In this document: positions 37,099-51,200 of the stretch, one piece after another
How positions within the stretch are numbered: position 1 is the first letter of the stretch
Layout of the letters: each line of letters opens with the position of its first letter
NCBI RefSeq assembly: GCF_000143415.4
Contig: NW_003314319.1
Coordinates: 462,365 to 526,364, forward strand
DNA length: 64,000 nucleotides
Direction of reading: 5' to 3'
Origin: Selaginella moellendorffii
Lineage: Eukaryota; Plantae; Lycopodiophyta
The notes under the pieces: generated by a model
What the model was told of the DNA's origin: nothing
What the model saw: the letters and a program-made list of their open reading frames with translations, nothing else
Database searches by the model: none
Translations under genes and position numbers: made by a program

Positions 37099-38752
37099 TC
37101 AGCTAACCTGCTGGGGATACGTTCCATACGCCTGTGGAAAATTGCCGTAGGCATAGGCTCCAGGATCTTGTGGCGGAGGGGCAAAGCCGTAGCATTCGTA
37201 TCCTTGCCCATAGCCGTAGTAAGGACCGTTCCATTGGTTAAACTCTGGCTGGACCTGCTGTCCCCATGGCTGGAGTGGTCGCTGGTGACAAAGAAGTATC
37301 AGAACCAGATAATTAAGAGCCTCCGCGGCTTACCTGTTTGTTTGCAGGACTTCTGCCCCATGATAAACGAATCGTTTGCTGTCCTATAGTCGAGCCATGA
37401 AGTTTTTGTAAGGCTTCTTCAGCACTCGCCCTACACCACAATCACATGTTAAACTTGTGAACGACAAAAAAAAAACAGAAGACAATTACCTAGTGTAAAA
37501 CTGGACAAAACCACAGTTTTTACCAGCAGGGATCTTGACGTACTGTATATCCCCAAATTGAGAGAAAACCTGCTTCAAATCTTCATCTTTGACACTGTGG
37601 TCCAGTCCACCGACGAAAACCTTCAGGAGGAGTAAAGTTTGAAGTCATCGCAACAAGCTAATTGAAAGAGTGTTACCGTAGTGTTAGATGGGTCATTGTC
37701 AGTTAGAGGTGGAACTCCAAAATTTTGACTCGGGTAGAAAACTGTTAAGGAGTTTCCGTCAGAAAGAAAAGAAGCGAATACAATGACATGAAAGAAAAAG
37801 TTGATAAGAAACATAAAAAAAAACAAACCTTTCGGTGGAATCGTTGCTAAAGATTTCTTAGGTGTTGCAGTACTAATCCTCATGGGACGAGTCGAGCAGT
37901 ACACACCCGCCATTTCTGTCATGGCCCTCATCTTCTCGGCTTCGTCCCCAAACCTCACAAAGCCATAGCCCTTGGAGCGAGCGGTTGTAGTATCCATCAC
38001 CACCTTTGCACCCTTGACAGACGAGTAGCGGCTTTGAAACGTTTCCTGCAGCATGTAATCTGTGACATCCGGCGCGAGGTCCCCCACGAAGATGGAGAAG
38101 TCCGGACCCTGGTCTGGCCTTCTCTCCCCGATCCCAAAACAGGCCCAGTTGAGGCGGAAGGCTATATCTGTCGAAGGCATTTGAGTACCATTAAAAGACT
38201 GAAGGACTTTCTCTGCAGTGCTATGGTTGGTAAACTCAACAAAACCGTAACCCTCTGAATATCCAGTCTGCTTATTGCGTATGACTTTGGCAACTTGTAC
38301 CTAAATGCCAACCAAAGAGAGAAAAGGATTTAAAAACACAAGCCAAGCAAGGCATGGAACGTGAAAAAACGAAAGAGAACAATGCAAGCACTGTCAATGC
38401 ACATTGCAAGAAAAAGAGCCTCTCTTACCTCGGAAGTGTGAGCAAAGCAGCTATAGAGGTAGCCCTCGTCCATCCAGTACTGGAGATCGCCCACCCAGAG
38501 CGTCTTGAGCTCCCCGTTGGCGTGCCCGGGGCTGTGAGCCTGGCCCTGCTTGAGAGGAGGCAGCATGACGCTCACCGGCGGCAGCATTTCTTGCTGTGGC
38601 GGTAGAATCCCGGCCTGTGAAATCCCCAGCTGTGGCGGCATCCATGCCTGCTGCGTCGGCGGCTGCGCTGGCGGCGGCGGCGGCGGACCCTGGTGCTGCT
38701 GCTGCTGCGGAGATTGAGCTTCCGGGGGAGCGTGAGGCGCCGGCGCCTGCAT
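37099..38752 (-). CDS. Polyadenylate-binding protein RBP45/RBP47-type (3 RRM domains)
   Basis: Q/P-rich N-terminus, KTLWVGDLQYWMDE, SEGYGFVEF, FRLNWA, SIFVGDLAPDVTD, SKGYGFVRF, DPSNTT/VFVGGLD, CGFVQF, IRLSWGR; ends YPQQVS*. Confidence 0.93.
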
Positions 38753-39335
38753 ATTTCCTGGCGGAAGAACCCTAGCCTCGCCTTGAGAGAAAAACAAGAA
38801 CCTTGGAAAGCTTCCGCGCCGTGGAGGGCCGCGCGCCTCTACGCCGTCTCCTCCTCCAGCGCCGTGCGAGCCAGCGGCATAAGGCCCTAACTAAACCCTA
38901 AAGCCTCCGCGCCCCTGGCCTTCCCAAGCTCCGGGAGAGACAGGGAGAGAGAGAGAGATGGAACACAAAACAGCACAAGGATAGAGGGAAATTCCAGTGG
39001 ACCGCGGCGATTGGCCCAGGGTGGGCACGTGGCGCGCATCCAACAGCCAGTCCCAGCGGCACCGCAACGTCCGTTTGATCCGGCGGAGCGACGGCCGGGA
39101 TCCGTCTGCCGCCACCCCGTGTCACAGCCCTACTTGGAGATATTTCCCCAATTTTGGCGGGGATTCGAACCCCAAACAGCCGAGTATATTCACGCTTTAT
39201 CCTATTTCAACGGCCCAGATTTCCTCCTACAGCTGTCACCGTCGCAAGTTGCTGGATAAAAGGTTGATACTTTTACGAAAAAGGAGTGTGATTTTTTAAG
39301 CTATCTATTTTCGGGAATTAGGGTTCTTGCGAGCT

Positions 39336-39961
39336 ATGGCGTTGGCAGCTTGCAATGCGGCTTGGGCGCCGCGCATGTCTCGCAAATTTCGGGTTTCTCG
39401 AGATCGCAGGGCCCGGGCAGCAACCGTGATGCACGGTTTCGCCCCAGATCTCGTGACTCCGGTCGGGCTCACGTTCAAATTTGAAGTGGAGGAATTGCCG
39501 CCCGAGACATCGCCATTTCACAGGAAACCTGGGGAGAAGAGGCCCATTCCATCGCCCGAGCAGACGCAGGATGGAGCTCAAATCGGAGCGCCCGTGGACA
39601 AGATCGACAGGCTCGACTGGACTGATCCGGGCGATATTTTCCAGTTTGTGGCCATCAGGTAAACAAACGACGAAGCACCAGAAAAAATATCAGCCTTATC
39701 GTTGCGATATTTACTTTGGGTGGCAGTGCCGTGTTGATATTCTTCTTTTGGTTTACAAACTATTACGTTCCCCAAGTGGTTTTCAAGGATGTGTTTGCCA
39801 AGGCCGAAGAGGAGCAAGAACTGGCCAAGCAAGAGGCCGCTAAAACCGCAGCTCAATCACCGCCATCGCCACCGCCACCACCAGAGAGGACGAAGATCAA
39901 CAACAAGCGATACAGGACATTCAAGAAGAAAACGAAGGAACAAGTCGTGATAGACGTGTAA
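39336..39961 (+). CDS. Small predicted plastid-targeted membrane protein of unknown function, 2 exons
   Basis: Ala/Arg/Ser-rich transit-like N-terminus. Splicing at 39659-39693 joins FQFVAI-S-LIVAIFTLGGSAVLIFFFWFTNYYVPQ (hydrophobic) to a basic tail. Confidence 0.65.
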
Positions 39962-40064
39962 AATCAAGCTTGTTCTTCCATTCAAGAATTCGTGTAGAAG
40001 AAATCTAGTTTATTCTACTTCCTTGCTCGAATCAGTCAAGGAATTGTGAATACAAGCAAACTTT

Positions 40065-41216
<1,152 letters not shown>

Positions 41217-44200
41217 CTAAAAATCAAAGAATCAAAGAAACCCTAAAAAATGAATCAAAGAACTGGTGAGGTTGGGGCATGGACGCACCGTTTATAAATA
41301 CGCGAGGATGGAACAGGCGCCGTCGATTGGGGACGGCATCCAAGGGCTCCGATGCGACCGACAAAACTTACCGGCCAAACCAAGTCAATGACGTGGCCGC
41401 CTTCGCCGCCACTTGGAACATACTAGAATTTTCCAGGCTCTTTGCTTCCTCGCGGAAATTTCTCCTCCCAACTTGGCTGTGGAAATTCTTTTGCGATGGC
41501 GCAGAGGACACGCACTCAAAGCGAGATTCTCCAAACCATTGACGAAAAAGCAGCAAATCCATTCAAGCATAATCTTCCTGGGAATCAAACCTCGGATCTT
41601 TTGCTCGGGGATTCCTTCGTACCGCGGGTGACACCACCAAAAGATTCCATCTTAGCTTTAAGTCGGCTTTCCTCGAGATATTCTTTTCGCGATGGTCCGT
41701 CCACCGTATGCTTTGCATCGTTTTGTCATCCAAACGCACTACACCTTGTTTCCACCCCAGAAAACAAAGGGCATCGTCGCGCGGTAGAGCATCGAGCCCG
41801 TGACCTCACGAGGCCCACTCTCCTTGTTTGGCGAGAGAATCAAACTTAATTATGCGTAGTGTTTATCCATGTCAACCACGGGAAATCGAGTGCCAATCCT
41901 CTGAACCTAGCTAGATCTCGCAGCGGGGAGGACAAAATGAGGACACTTTAAGGTACAAAGCTCATCGCATTGGACGGATCGATTTTTGCCCCTTTCTCTT
42001 TGCAGGAATCGTGTGCCCCCAACCAGTTCTTTGGGTGTTGCTATTTTTCTCCACCCCTCGCTCTCATCAGTGCTGCTGGGTATGATGAGAGCTCTGTTTC
42101 TCTCTTTCAGCGAAAGAGGACCCTGGAGGATCTGCGACATCGTGATTGCAACGAGGACTATAGGTAGTGCTCCTCCCACACAAGTACACACCATACACGC
42201 ATCTGTACGTAGTCGGCCATACGTAATGTACGTACTTCTTTTTCTTTGCATTTGCTCGAAATGGAAAGGAAAGGTGGCGCGGGTGATGGCGGTGGTGGCG
42301 GTGGCGGTGATGGTGGCATTCTCGCAGCTACGCAGCCAGCGCAGCCCTCGGAAATCTTTCTAGGCAAAGTAGCTAACACGCACAGAATTACGGCAGACAC
42401 GAACCAGAGATGATTGCATCTTCTCAACGCATTACCGTGAGTGACCTAAACCCAATTCCAAGAACTTCCCTGTTGTCCCAATGCAAGAATCTCACATCAC
42501 ACACTTCAGCATATTGGACACACATACTAGGTACACACCATTTTGGTGCTTCCCCCCATCTCAAACCCTATAAGATAGAAGCCACGGGGTCGGGTCATTC
42601 GATCTGCATGAGCCGAGGATTTTTAACCATTCCGCCAAATTTTTCCTGCGCATTATTGCCCCGCCCCGAATCATTTAAAATCATTTTGCGAAAATCCCGC
42701 TGTCAGGCAAAATCCACTCCCTTCAATTAACCGCGCCACGAGCGCACACGAAACATATCCAAGGGTCTAGTTTGTACCCCGCGGTAAGAACTCCCGTTCC
42801 CCCAGTTCTGGATGACGGACGACGGACGGGCGCCCGTCAGCCGGGCAGCAGCACGCGGCACGGGCAAGCATGCGGCACGTCACCCTCGTCCGTCTTTTTG
42901 GTCCCACCTCGTCGCCGTGACGGGGATGGGTGGGTGGCGCCCGTCGCTTTTCCTTCCCGGGTTTCTGACAGGCGGCCGTCTGGCGAGCCAAGCGTATATA
43001 CCGTATACTTCCGCATTGGGATTTTGCATGCAAACGAACATGCTGTTGCAGTAAATGGAAGGGTTAAATGCATATATACTTGCCATCTATGGGGTTCCAT
43101 GGAATAATGCGCGCGAGGGCATGCGCGCATGAGCGCTCCATGAGCGTCGCATCATGCCCACCATGATGCATCATGTGATGGCGGCTGGCCATGCCATACG
43201 GTGCATGGGGCTCCGTGCTCCCCCCCCAACGTAGAGATCATGGATGGATGGGGTGGAGCCTTATCTCCTTTGATGATACCACACAACAACAGTGTGATCA
43301 TCTAGAACTGCAAGGTTTATATTTTTTGCGGGCAATGATTGGTCCGGCGATCGTTAGGCAAAGCAAAGCAAGCACCAGCCAACAAGGCGTCATGTATAGG
43401 GTTCTTGTTTGCCTTCTTCTTCCTCGCGAGACAACACATCACATCCCACCTTACAACTTACTCCAGCGTCCGCAAGTATCAAAATGTTATTCCAGATCCT
43501 CAGAGATCGAGGGCCCACGTGTGCGGCGAATCCTCAACCGCCCAAACTCCGGATGCCGCCAAAACTCCCCACCGTCCCATATAAAGGCGTTGCATTCCCC
43601 TTTCGCTATTTCGGACCAAGATGCCCACCCAGGGCATCTGCTACGCTTTAAAAAGAGAATGGAGACATGGCACTGGAATATGCATACCAAGAAATTGTTA
43701 CCGCGCGACACAAGGAGTTCACCCAAGGGTTAATATTTTACTTTTACTTTGAGGATTCCGAGCTCAGCGGGAATCGAACCGGCGGTCCCACTTCCAGTCC
43801 AAGAGGCCATAGGAAAGCCCGAGCGGCAGCAGATCTATCACCTCGCCAAACAAATGGTTGTTTATTAAGTTTGAGGAGGGAACCATATCTTTGGCCCTTG
43901 CTCTCACCTCACTCAATTCCCTTTGTAGTTTTCATTGCTTGTTGCCTGAGGCAGACTCCACAGCTCTTGTACTTAACACACGGCTCCCCAGGAATAAAGC
44001 TTATACATTGGTTTTGTGATGAAACGAGAGCACGGGATGCCACTCAAGTAAAAGTAAATTGGGCAAGTAATTACAGCCTGACCGTTACGGTGCTGACTGT
44101 GCCCTAGTATCGGCCACGTGGAGTCCCCCGACCCCTCTCTCCTTCACGGCCATGACGGGGATGGCCTTCACGACCCGTCACTATCCCGTGCGCCTGCCGC

Positions 44201-44640
44201 ACGTGAGAGTGAAGAGGGAAGGAATTTCGCGACGGCCGCTGCCCGGCACTTCATGGAGGTGGAAGGGACGTCAAGCCCGTCTTAAGGACAGCCCGCCAAG
44301 CTATGGCTAGCTGTCCTCGAGTGTAGTGCGCGCGCGGCTTTCGGAGGACAGTGTCCTTAGCACTGTGAAAGGAGGAAGCCCCTTGTTGTTAAAGAACAAC
44401 GGAGAGCTTTTACATGTCGATAGAAGAGGCTTGAGCGGCGTGCATTTTTTGCTTTATATCCAAGCTTTTAGCTATGGAGCTTTGAGCGAGAGCTAGGGTT
44501 TTCACTCTCGTAGACGAACGAAGCGCCAACGCTGTGCGACAATCGCGAGCGCGAAATTTCCAGCAAGAGCTAGGTGAGTTGCGATCGAGTGCTTGCTCCA
44601 CTCTGATTCATAAAAGATTTTCCTGTCAATGCAGGTAAGA

Positions 44641-47600
44641 ATGCCGCGCAGAAGAAAGACGCCGAAAGCGCCTGGGGAGACGTCCAGTCGGCCCGGCGAC
44701 GAGGCCGACAGGCCCGATCCCTCGACCGCGGCCGAGATTTTCCGAAATGCGCCCGCGCCAACGCCCGCGCCGCGAGCGCAGATTGTTCCTTCTCAGCCTC
44801 CTCGCGCTGCTATGGGAGCTCCTCCGAGGCCTCAGGTCCCGCGAGGAGGAGGGCGAGAAGGCGGCGGGAATGGAAACGGTGGAAGATATGGAAGGGGTCG
44901 CGCTGGAAGGGGCTTTCCTCCTCACGAGCCCGGCCATCAGGCTTCTACATCGTCGGCGGTGGTGGCTTCTCAGCAGTCTCAAGCTTACTCAGTCCCTTAC
45001 GGGATGGCTCCTTACTACGGCGTTCCTCCTCCAATTCATTTTGGTCAGATAGCGCAATTTCCTGGAATACCATACGGCCAGGCGCCTCCTCAAGCTCCTC
45101 CGTATGGCCACACCGGCGTGACAATGCCGTTGGCTGGGCCTTCTACGAGTCTCATCGAGGAGAAGCTGGGGAGCTTGCAAGTGCAGCCGCCGGAAGAGCC
45201 TCCTCGCACTCTTGTATCCAGCAAAGCTCTCGGTTTCCCTCGAAGGCCAGGCAAAGGTGTGATGGGCTCCAAGTGCGTGGTGAAGGCGAATCACTTCTTT
45301 GCTGAGCTTCCTGACAAGGATCTTCATCAATATGATGTAAGTTCGAGCTACTCGGTTGGTTTGTTCGAGTTTCTCATTGTTTTTGTGGTTTCACAGGTCA
45401 CAATCACTCCCGAGGTTACATCGCGAGGGGTGAATAGAGCGGTCATGGAGCTGCTCGTGAAGCTCAACAGGGAGGCTCTGGGTCGCAGACTTCCCGCTTA
45501 TGATGGAAGGAAGAGCTTGTACACTGCTGGTCCACTTCCTTTTCAGTATAAAGATTTCCAGGTGACCCTCCCTGACGAAGAGGACGGAACAAATGCGCCA
45601 AGGTAAGCTCCTTTTTACTCCTCGCTTGCGTTTTACAATAATCGCTTTGGTTCTATACACAGGAGGGAGAGATCCTTCAAGATTGTTATAAAATTCGCGG
45701 CACGCGCGGACTTGCACCATCTGGGAGAGTTTCTGGCCGGAAGGCAGCCCAATGCACCCCAGGAAGCTCTCCAAGTTCTCGACATCGTGTTGCGTGAGCT
45801 TCCCACTCACAGGTAGTGGTCTCCCATCAGTCACCGTGGTTTATATATTTAACACCTATTTTTTCAAGGTATTCGCCTGTTGGACGATCATTTTATTCCC
45901 CTGATCTTGGACGGCGACAGCCACTCGGGGATGGCCTGGAAAGTTGGCGCGGGTTTTACCAAAGTATCAGGCCGACGCAGATGGGATTATCGCTTAACAT
46001 CGGTATGTGGTGTGCTGTTTTATAATGTCCTTGTTCTCAGCTAGATCTCTTGACAGATATGTCGTCAACTGCATTCATTGAGCCCTTGCCGGTAGTGGAT
46101 TTTGTTGGACAGCTTTTGGGGAAGGATCTCAGTAGACCTCTCTCGGACGCTGATCGCATTAAGGTCTGATGGATGCAACTCCAATGCTGTGTCGCTAATT
46201 GTCATTCTACAGATCAAAAAGGCATTGCGGGGAGTGAAGGTTGAGGTTACCCACCGAGGTACAATGCGGCGGAAGTACAGGATATCTGGCTTGACCTCAC
46301 AGCCAACGCAAGAACTCACGTAGGGCACACATTACGGTAGCTTTCGTGCTTCTAAAGCATTTTTCAGGTTTCCTGTCGACGAAAGAGGAACTTTGAAGTC
46401 AGTGGTCGAGTATTTTCGCGAAACCTATGGCTACACTATACGCAGTCCATCTTTGCCTTGTCTTGCCGTTGGTAACCAACAAAGACCAAACTACCTACCG
46501 ATGGAGGTAAATCTTTTGTCTTTCGTGTGAAGTGGACGGACGCGTCCTTGGTTTGTCTCAGGTTTGCAAAATTGTCGAAGGTCAGCGCTACTCGAAGAGA
46601 CTGAACGAACGGCAGATCAATAACCTTTTGAAGGTCACATGCCAGCGTCCCAAGGACCGTGAGAACGATATTCTTCAGGTATGCACGTCTTCTAGTTGGG
46701 GAAGTCTTATTTGATGCTGTTGTTGCAGACTGTCCGCCACAACGCTTATCACGACGATCCTTATGCGCAAGAATTTGGCATCCGCATCAGCGATAAGCTA
46801 GCTTCGGTGGAAGCCCGGATACTACCGGCACCACGGGTATGTCTTCCGAAGATCGTTAATTCAAGCTCTAACGTTTTCTGACAGTTGAAGTATCATGATA
46901 CTGGACGGGAGAAAGACTGCCTTCCTCAAGTTGGGCAGTGGAATATGATGAACAAGGTTTTTGTGTCATATTCTGTGAAATCTATATTCTAACACTTTCT
47001 TTTAGAAAATGGTGAACGGAGGAAGTGTCAACTATTGGGCGTGCATAAACTTCTCTCGGGGAGTCCAGGATTCCATTGCACACGATTTCTGTGCTGAGTT
47101 AGCTCTCATGTGTCAGATTTCTGGCATGGTACTTATATTCACCTGATAGTCTCAGTCTGAAAACTTGCTTTTTTTATCAGGCGTTTACTCCGGAGCCCAT
47201 TGTTCCCGTGCAACCTGCAAGGCCAGATCAAGTGGAGCGTGCGCTGAAAATGCTTTGTGGGGAAGTTCAATCAAAAGCTAAAGGGAAAGAGTTGGAATTA
47301 CTCATTGCAATCTTACCAGATAGCAATGGTGCTTTGTATGGTGGGTGGTTGAAGTTCGTACAGTCGTTTGTGAACAGCCCGAGCTTTTTCTGCAGGGGAT
47401 CTGAAGAGAATATGTGAAACGGATCTTGGGCTGATATCGCAGTGTTGCTTAACTAAGCACGTCTATAAAATGACCAAGCAATATCTGGCTAACGTTGCTC
47501 TGAAAATCAACGTCAAGGTATGCTTTGTGAACGCGTGAGGTTTTGAAGAGTGAAACATTTCGAGTGTTGCAGGTTGGTGGGAGAAACACAGTTCTTGTAG

Positions 47601-48988
47601 ATGCGCTTTCGAGGAGAATACCGCTTGTCAGCGACATTCCGACGATCATATTTGGTGCGGATGTCACTCATCCTCACCCTGGAGAGGATTCGAGTCCATC
47701 GATAGCTGCGGTATGCTGCTTTTCCGCTACAGTCGTGAAACTCAATTGCTGTTATAGGTTGTTGCATCGCAAGATTGGCCCGAGGTGACGAAGTATGCGG
47801 GATTAGTTTGTGCTCAAGCACATCGTCAAGAACTGATACAAGATCTCTACAAGACCTGGACAGACCCACAAAGCAAAACTATAATGCACGGTGGAATGAT
47901 CAGGTACGAAGTTTATTTTGCGTACAAGGACTTCTTAAAAATGTGGTGTACAGGGAGCTGTTGCTAGCCTTCCACAAAGCGACGGGAAGAAAGCCGCTGA
48001 GGATCATTTTTTACAGGCAAGTAACCGCATTTGAACGACATTATTTACATTGAATTTTCATTGCCACAGAGATGGAGTGAGCGAAGGCCAGTTTTATCAG
48101 GTTCTATTACATGAGCTTGATTCTATCAGAAAGGTAAAATTCACGTCTTCTCTCCGTTGCAGTTAACTAATATGTTTCTACTCTAGGCGTGTGCATCTTT
48201 GGAAGGAAACTATCAACCTCCGGTGACTTTCGTAGTGGTCCAAAAGCGACATCACACACGGTTGTTTGCAAACAATCACAATGATAGGGAGTCGAGAGAC
48301 AAGAGCGGCAACATCCTTCCAGGTTTGTAGGAAAGTTTGTTCAATGTGCTTCACAACTAAAACGCTTTTGCTAGGTACTGTGGTGGATACGAAGATCTGT
48401 CATCCCACGGAATTTGATTTCTACCTCTGCAGTCACGCTGGAATACAGGTACGAAGGCACAGCGTTAACCTGATTGAGGCTGATGGTCGTGACTGCGACC
48501 CTACAGGGAACTAGTCGGCCGGCACATTATCATGTGCTTTGGGATGAAAACACTTTCACGGCTGATGGTTTGCAGTCATTAACGAACAACCTATGCTACA
48601 CGTAAGTGCAAGGACAGTCTTGTCTTGAGGCTCACTTCAAACTCTTTTTGGATGTGTACTGTTTTGCAGATACGCGCGCTGCACGAGATCTGTGTCAATA
48701 GGTGAGTAAGAACTGTCTTTCCTATTGCTTGGATGCTAAGACTTCGTTTTCTCTCCTCTTTTTTATTCTTGTGTTCCAGTGCCTCCAGCATACTACGCCC
48801 ACTTGGCTGCATTCAGAGCAAGGTTTTATATGGAGCCAGAGACATCGGACAGCGGATCTCTGACTAGTGGAGCCGGACCTGGGAAGAGTACCACGACTGG
48901 CAGCTCGGGATCACGCAGCGGACGCACTGGTGTCCGGCCACTGCCGCCAGTCAAGGATAACGTGAAAAGCGTTATGTTCTACTGCTGA
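44641..48988 (+). CDS. AGO1: Argonaute of the AGO1/5/10 clade, about 21 exons, with an intact DEDH slicer tetrad
   Basis: G/R/P-rich N-terminus, [92 protein letters not shown]; ends VMFYC*. Confidence 0.95.
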
Positions 48989-49141
48989 TATCATTGTCGA
49001 GGTCGCTTTGTTTTTCTTTTTTCATACTTTTCCTTTAGTGCTACTACCTTCGTCCTCGATAGGGACGTGTGTGATTTTGTTTTGCAATGCAGATGTTTAA
49101 TTCTCAACAATCATCGGTTTTGAATCTCTTGAGTGACTGAT

Positions 49142-51155
49142 CTAAGCCTGGACAGCGTCCGCCAGGAGAGAAGTGTATCCTATCTTCTCGTCTAGTACTA
49201 AGTTTGGGTGCTGATTAAAGCGTTCCGGAATGGTGGTGCTCGACTCGTCCGACAACGTTCTCTGGACGTAGTAGAGCATGTAAGCTTGCGTTGCTCTCAC
49301 CACGCTTTCGCCAACCCTTGTTATCCAGGCGTCGTCGCACTTGTACCACTCGCCCCCCAGGCGGAGATAGGCAACGTAGTGGCCACCGTCGAGCTTGCCA
49401 GAGTGACTGACTACTGCAAAAAGCTCAAACTCGGACGAGGGACTCGTACTACCGCTATCGTTGTCACCGCCAAGCTCTCCTTTTCCTTCTACAAAAATGA
49501 GCCGGTTGCCGTGCCTGAGCCTCGCTATCGACGAGGAGAGGTAGCAAGCCATGTCCAGCGACAGTGGGAACTGCACGTATGTGTCCACCTTGCGGTAGTT
49601 CTTGGCCGAGTGCTCGAATCTCTTGACGTGGAAGCTCAGCACCACCGGTAGCTTTCTCACTGACATTTGTTTCACGGCCTCCTGTCTAGACTGACACGAC
49701 TCGCAGAAGAACCTCTCGCTGCTGCTCAGCCTCTCCGGCCTGGTAAAGCGGTCCAGGCAGCCCAGCAGCGTGGACGAGCTCGCGTATATCTGCTTCTCCA
49801 GCGCCGTCGACTCCAGATCCAGAGAAATGTCCACGCAGGGATCGTTCTTGGTAGACGTGAAGCCGCATGCCGTGCAAGTTACGTCCGATCGCAGCAAGCC
49901 GAAGAAGACCCGATGGACAATGCAGCGGCACTCGGCGTCGTTCCCCCTGTGCGTAAGAATCAATCAAAGGTGAGTTGAGTTTCTATCTTTGTTTATCGCA
50001 AAGCTTTGCTTACTTGCGAAGTTCAGGCTGCTGCGAGTTGGCGTGGATGCCTTCCACTGCCGAGATAAAGAAATCGTGCGCGTCCTGCTGCTCGTAGCCT
50101 GCCAGATTAGCAGCGTGTTGCCACCAGCTGTTCAAGAAAGAAAAAAGAAAGAGGTACTTTTCATGAGAGGGGAAAGAAAAAGAAGAAAAGAGCTCTTTCA
50201 CTCGCCTGTAGAGGAACTGTGCAGGGCTGTATGGCGTCCGGTCCCCGGAGAAAGCTGCCGCGAACATGTCGTCCATGTCGCATCCAAGGCAGACTTTGCT
50301 CTGGCAGGCAGCCTTGTTGTGGCGGTGACCGAGAAAGTAGCTCCGGAGAGGCGGCGTGTGGAGCAGGGCCTGGAGCACCGAGTTCATGAAGCAAGTGCTG
50401 CCCATATTGGTGAGGCCCCGGAGTCCGAGAGGAGCGGCGCCGCGCTCGAGCACAAGCGGGTCCTTGGAGCTCGGCTCCCACGGCTTGTACTCGGCCCCTC
50501 GGTTCCTCTTCCGGCTATACACGTTGAGAGGAGGAGCCGTCCTCCCGTTGGAGAAAGAGGTACACTTTGCCAGAGAACTAGCACCTTTACCACCATCGAT
50601 TCTATCTCCGCCACCACCGCCAGCGTTTCCATTCGTCCTCCCGTTCGAGAAAGAGGTATGCTTTGCCAGAAGGCTGGCACCATTTCCACTATCTCCGCCA
50701 CCACCATCACCACCACCGCCAGCGTTTCCACTCCCGCTACTTACGACGCTGTGCTTCTTTCCAGCCTGAGCGCACACGACCACCCAGTCGAAGTCGGCGT
50801 CGTAGACTTGATCGTTGCAAATGCAGCAAAAGAGCTCGGCGCGGTCAAGATCGATGGCGAGCTCGTGGCCCGGGAGCTCCAGCGCGTGAGATCGAGCGTG
50901 GCTGGAGCTGGAAGAGTAGCAGCTGATGGTGAAACAGACGAGGCAAGCGTAGAGGCGGCCGTGGGACTTGGCACAGGACGCGCACCTGGGGACTGGATCC
51001 TCCTCGCAGCTCAAAGTGCGCACGCTGGGCCGCCCCGGTGGGAGGACGACGATGCATCGCTGGAGCACGCGGAAGCCCCGGGTGCTGTGCTTGGATTTGT
51101 AGTCCACCAGGTGCTCGCAGGGGCGATAGGATGGCGACGACGATTTAGTCGCCAT
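49142..51155 (-). CDS. UBP22: Ubiquitin-specific protease 22 (SAGA DUB, Ubp8/USP22-like), 3 exons
   Basis: ZnF-UBP (C..C..RLYACLVC..H..H..LFCCICND), Cys box GLTNMGSTCFMNSVLQ, YEQQDAHDF, His box SHSGKLDGGHYVAY, and WYKCDD. Confidence 0.93.
50535..50735 (-). repeat. Imperfect tandem duplication (~32 aa unit) in the UBP22 linker
   Basis: GNAGGGGD..GASLLAKHTSFSNGRT is followed by NGNAGGGGGD..GASSLAKCTSFSNGRT. Confidence 0.85.
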
Positions 51156-51200
51156 GGCACACCATCGAGAAAGTTCTCGCGAGGAGCCCTAAAAGTAAAC

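Noticed and set aside
39157-39174. T-arm-like GGGGTTCGAATCCCCGCC on the minus strand
   Set aside because: The rest of a cloverleaf is absent.
42158-42260. Resemblance to DVL/RTFL or PSK peptide precursors
   Set aside because: The diagnostic YI.RRC..ML.CW and DYIYTQ motifs are missing.
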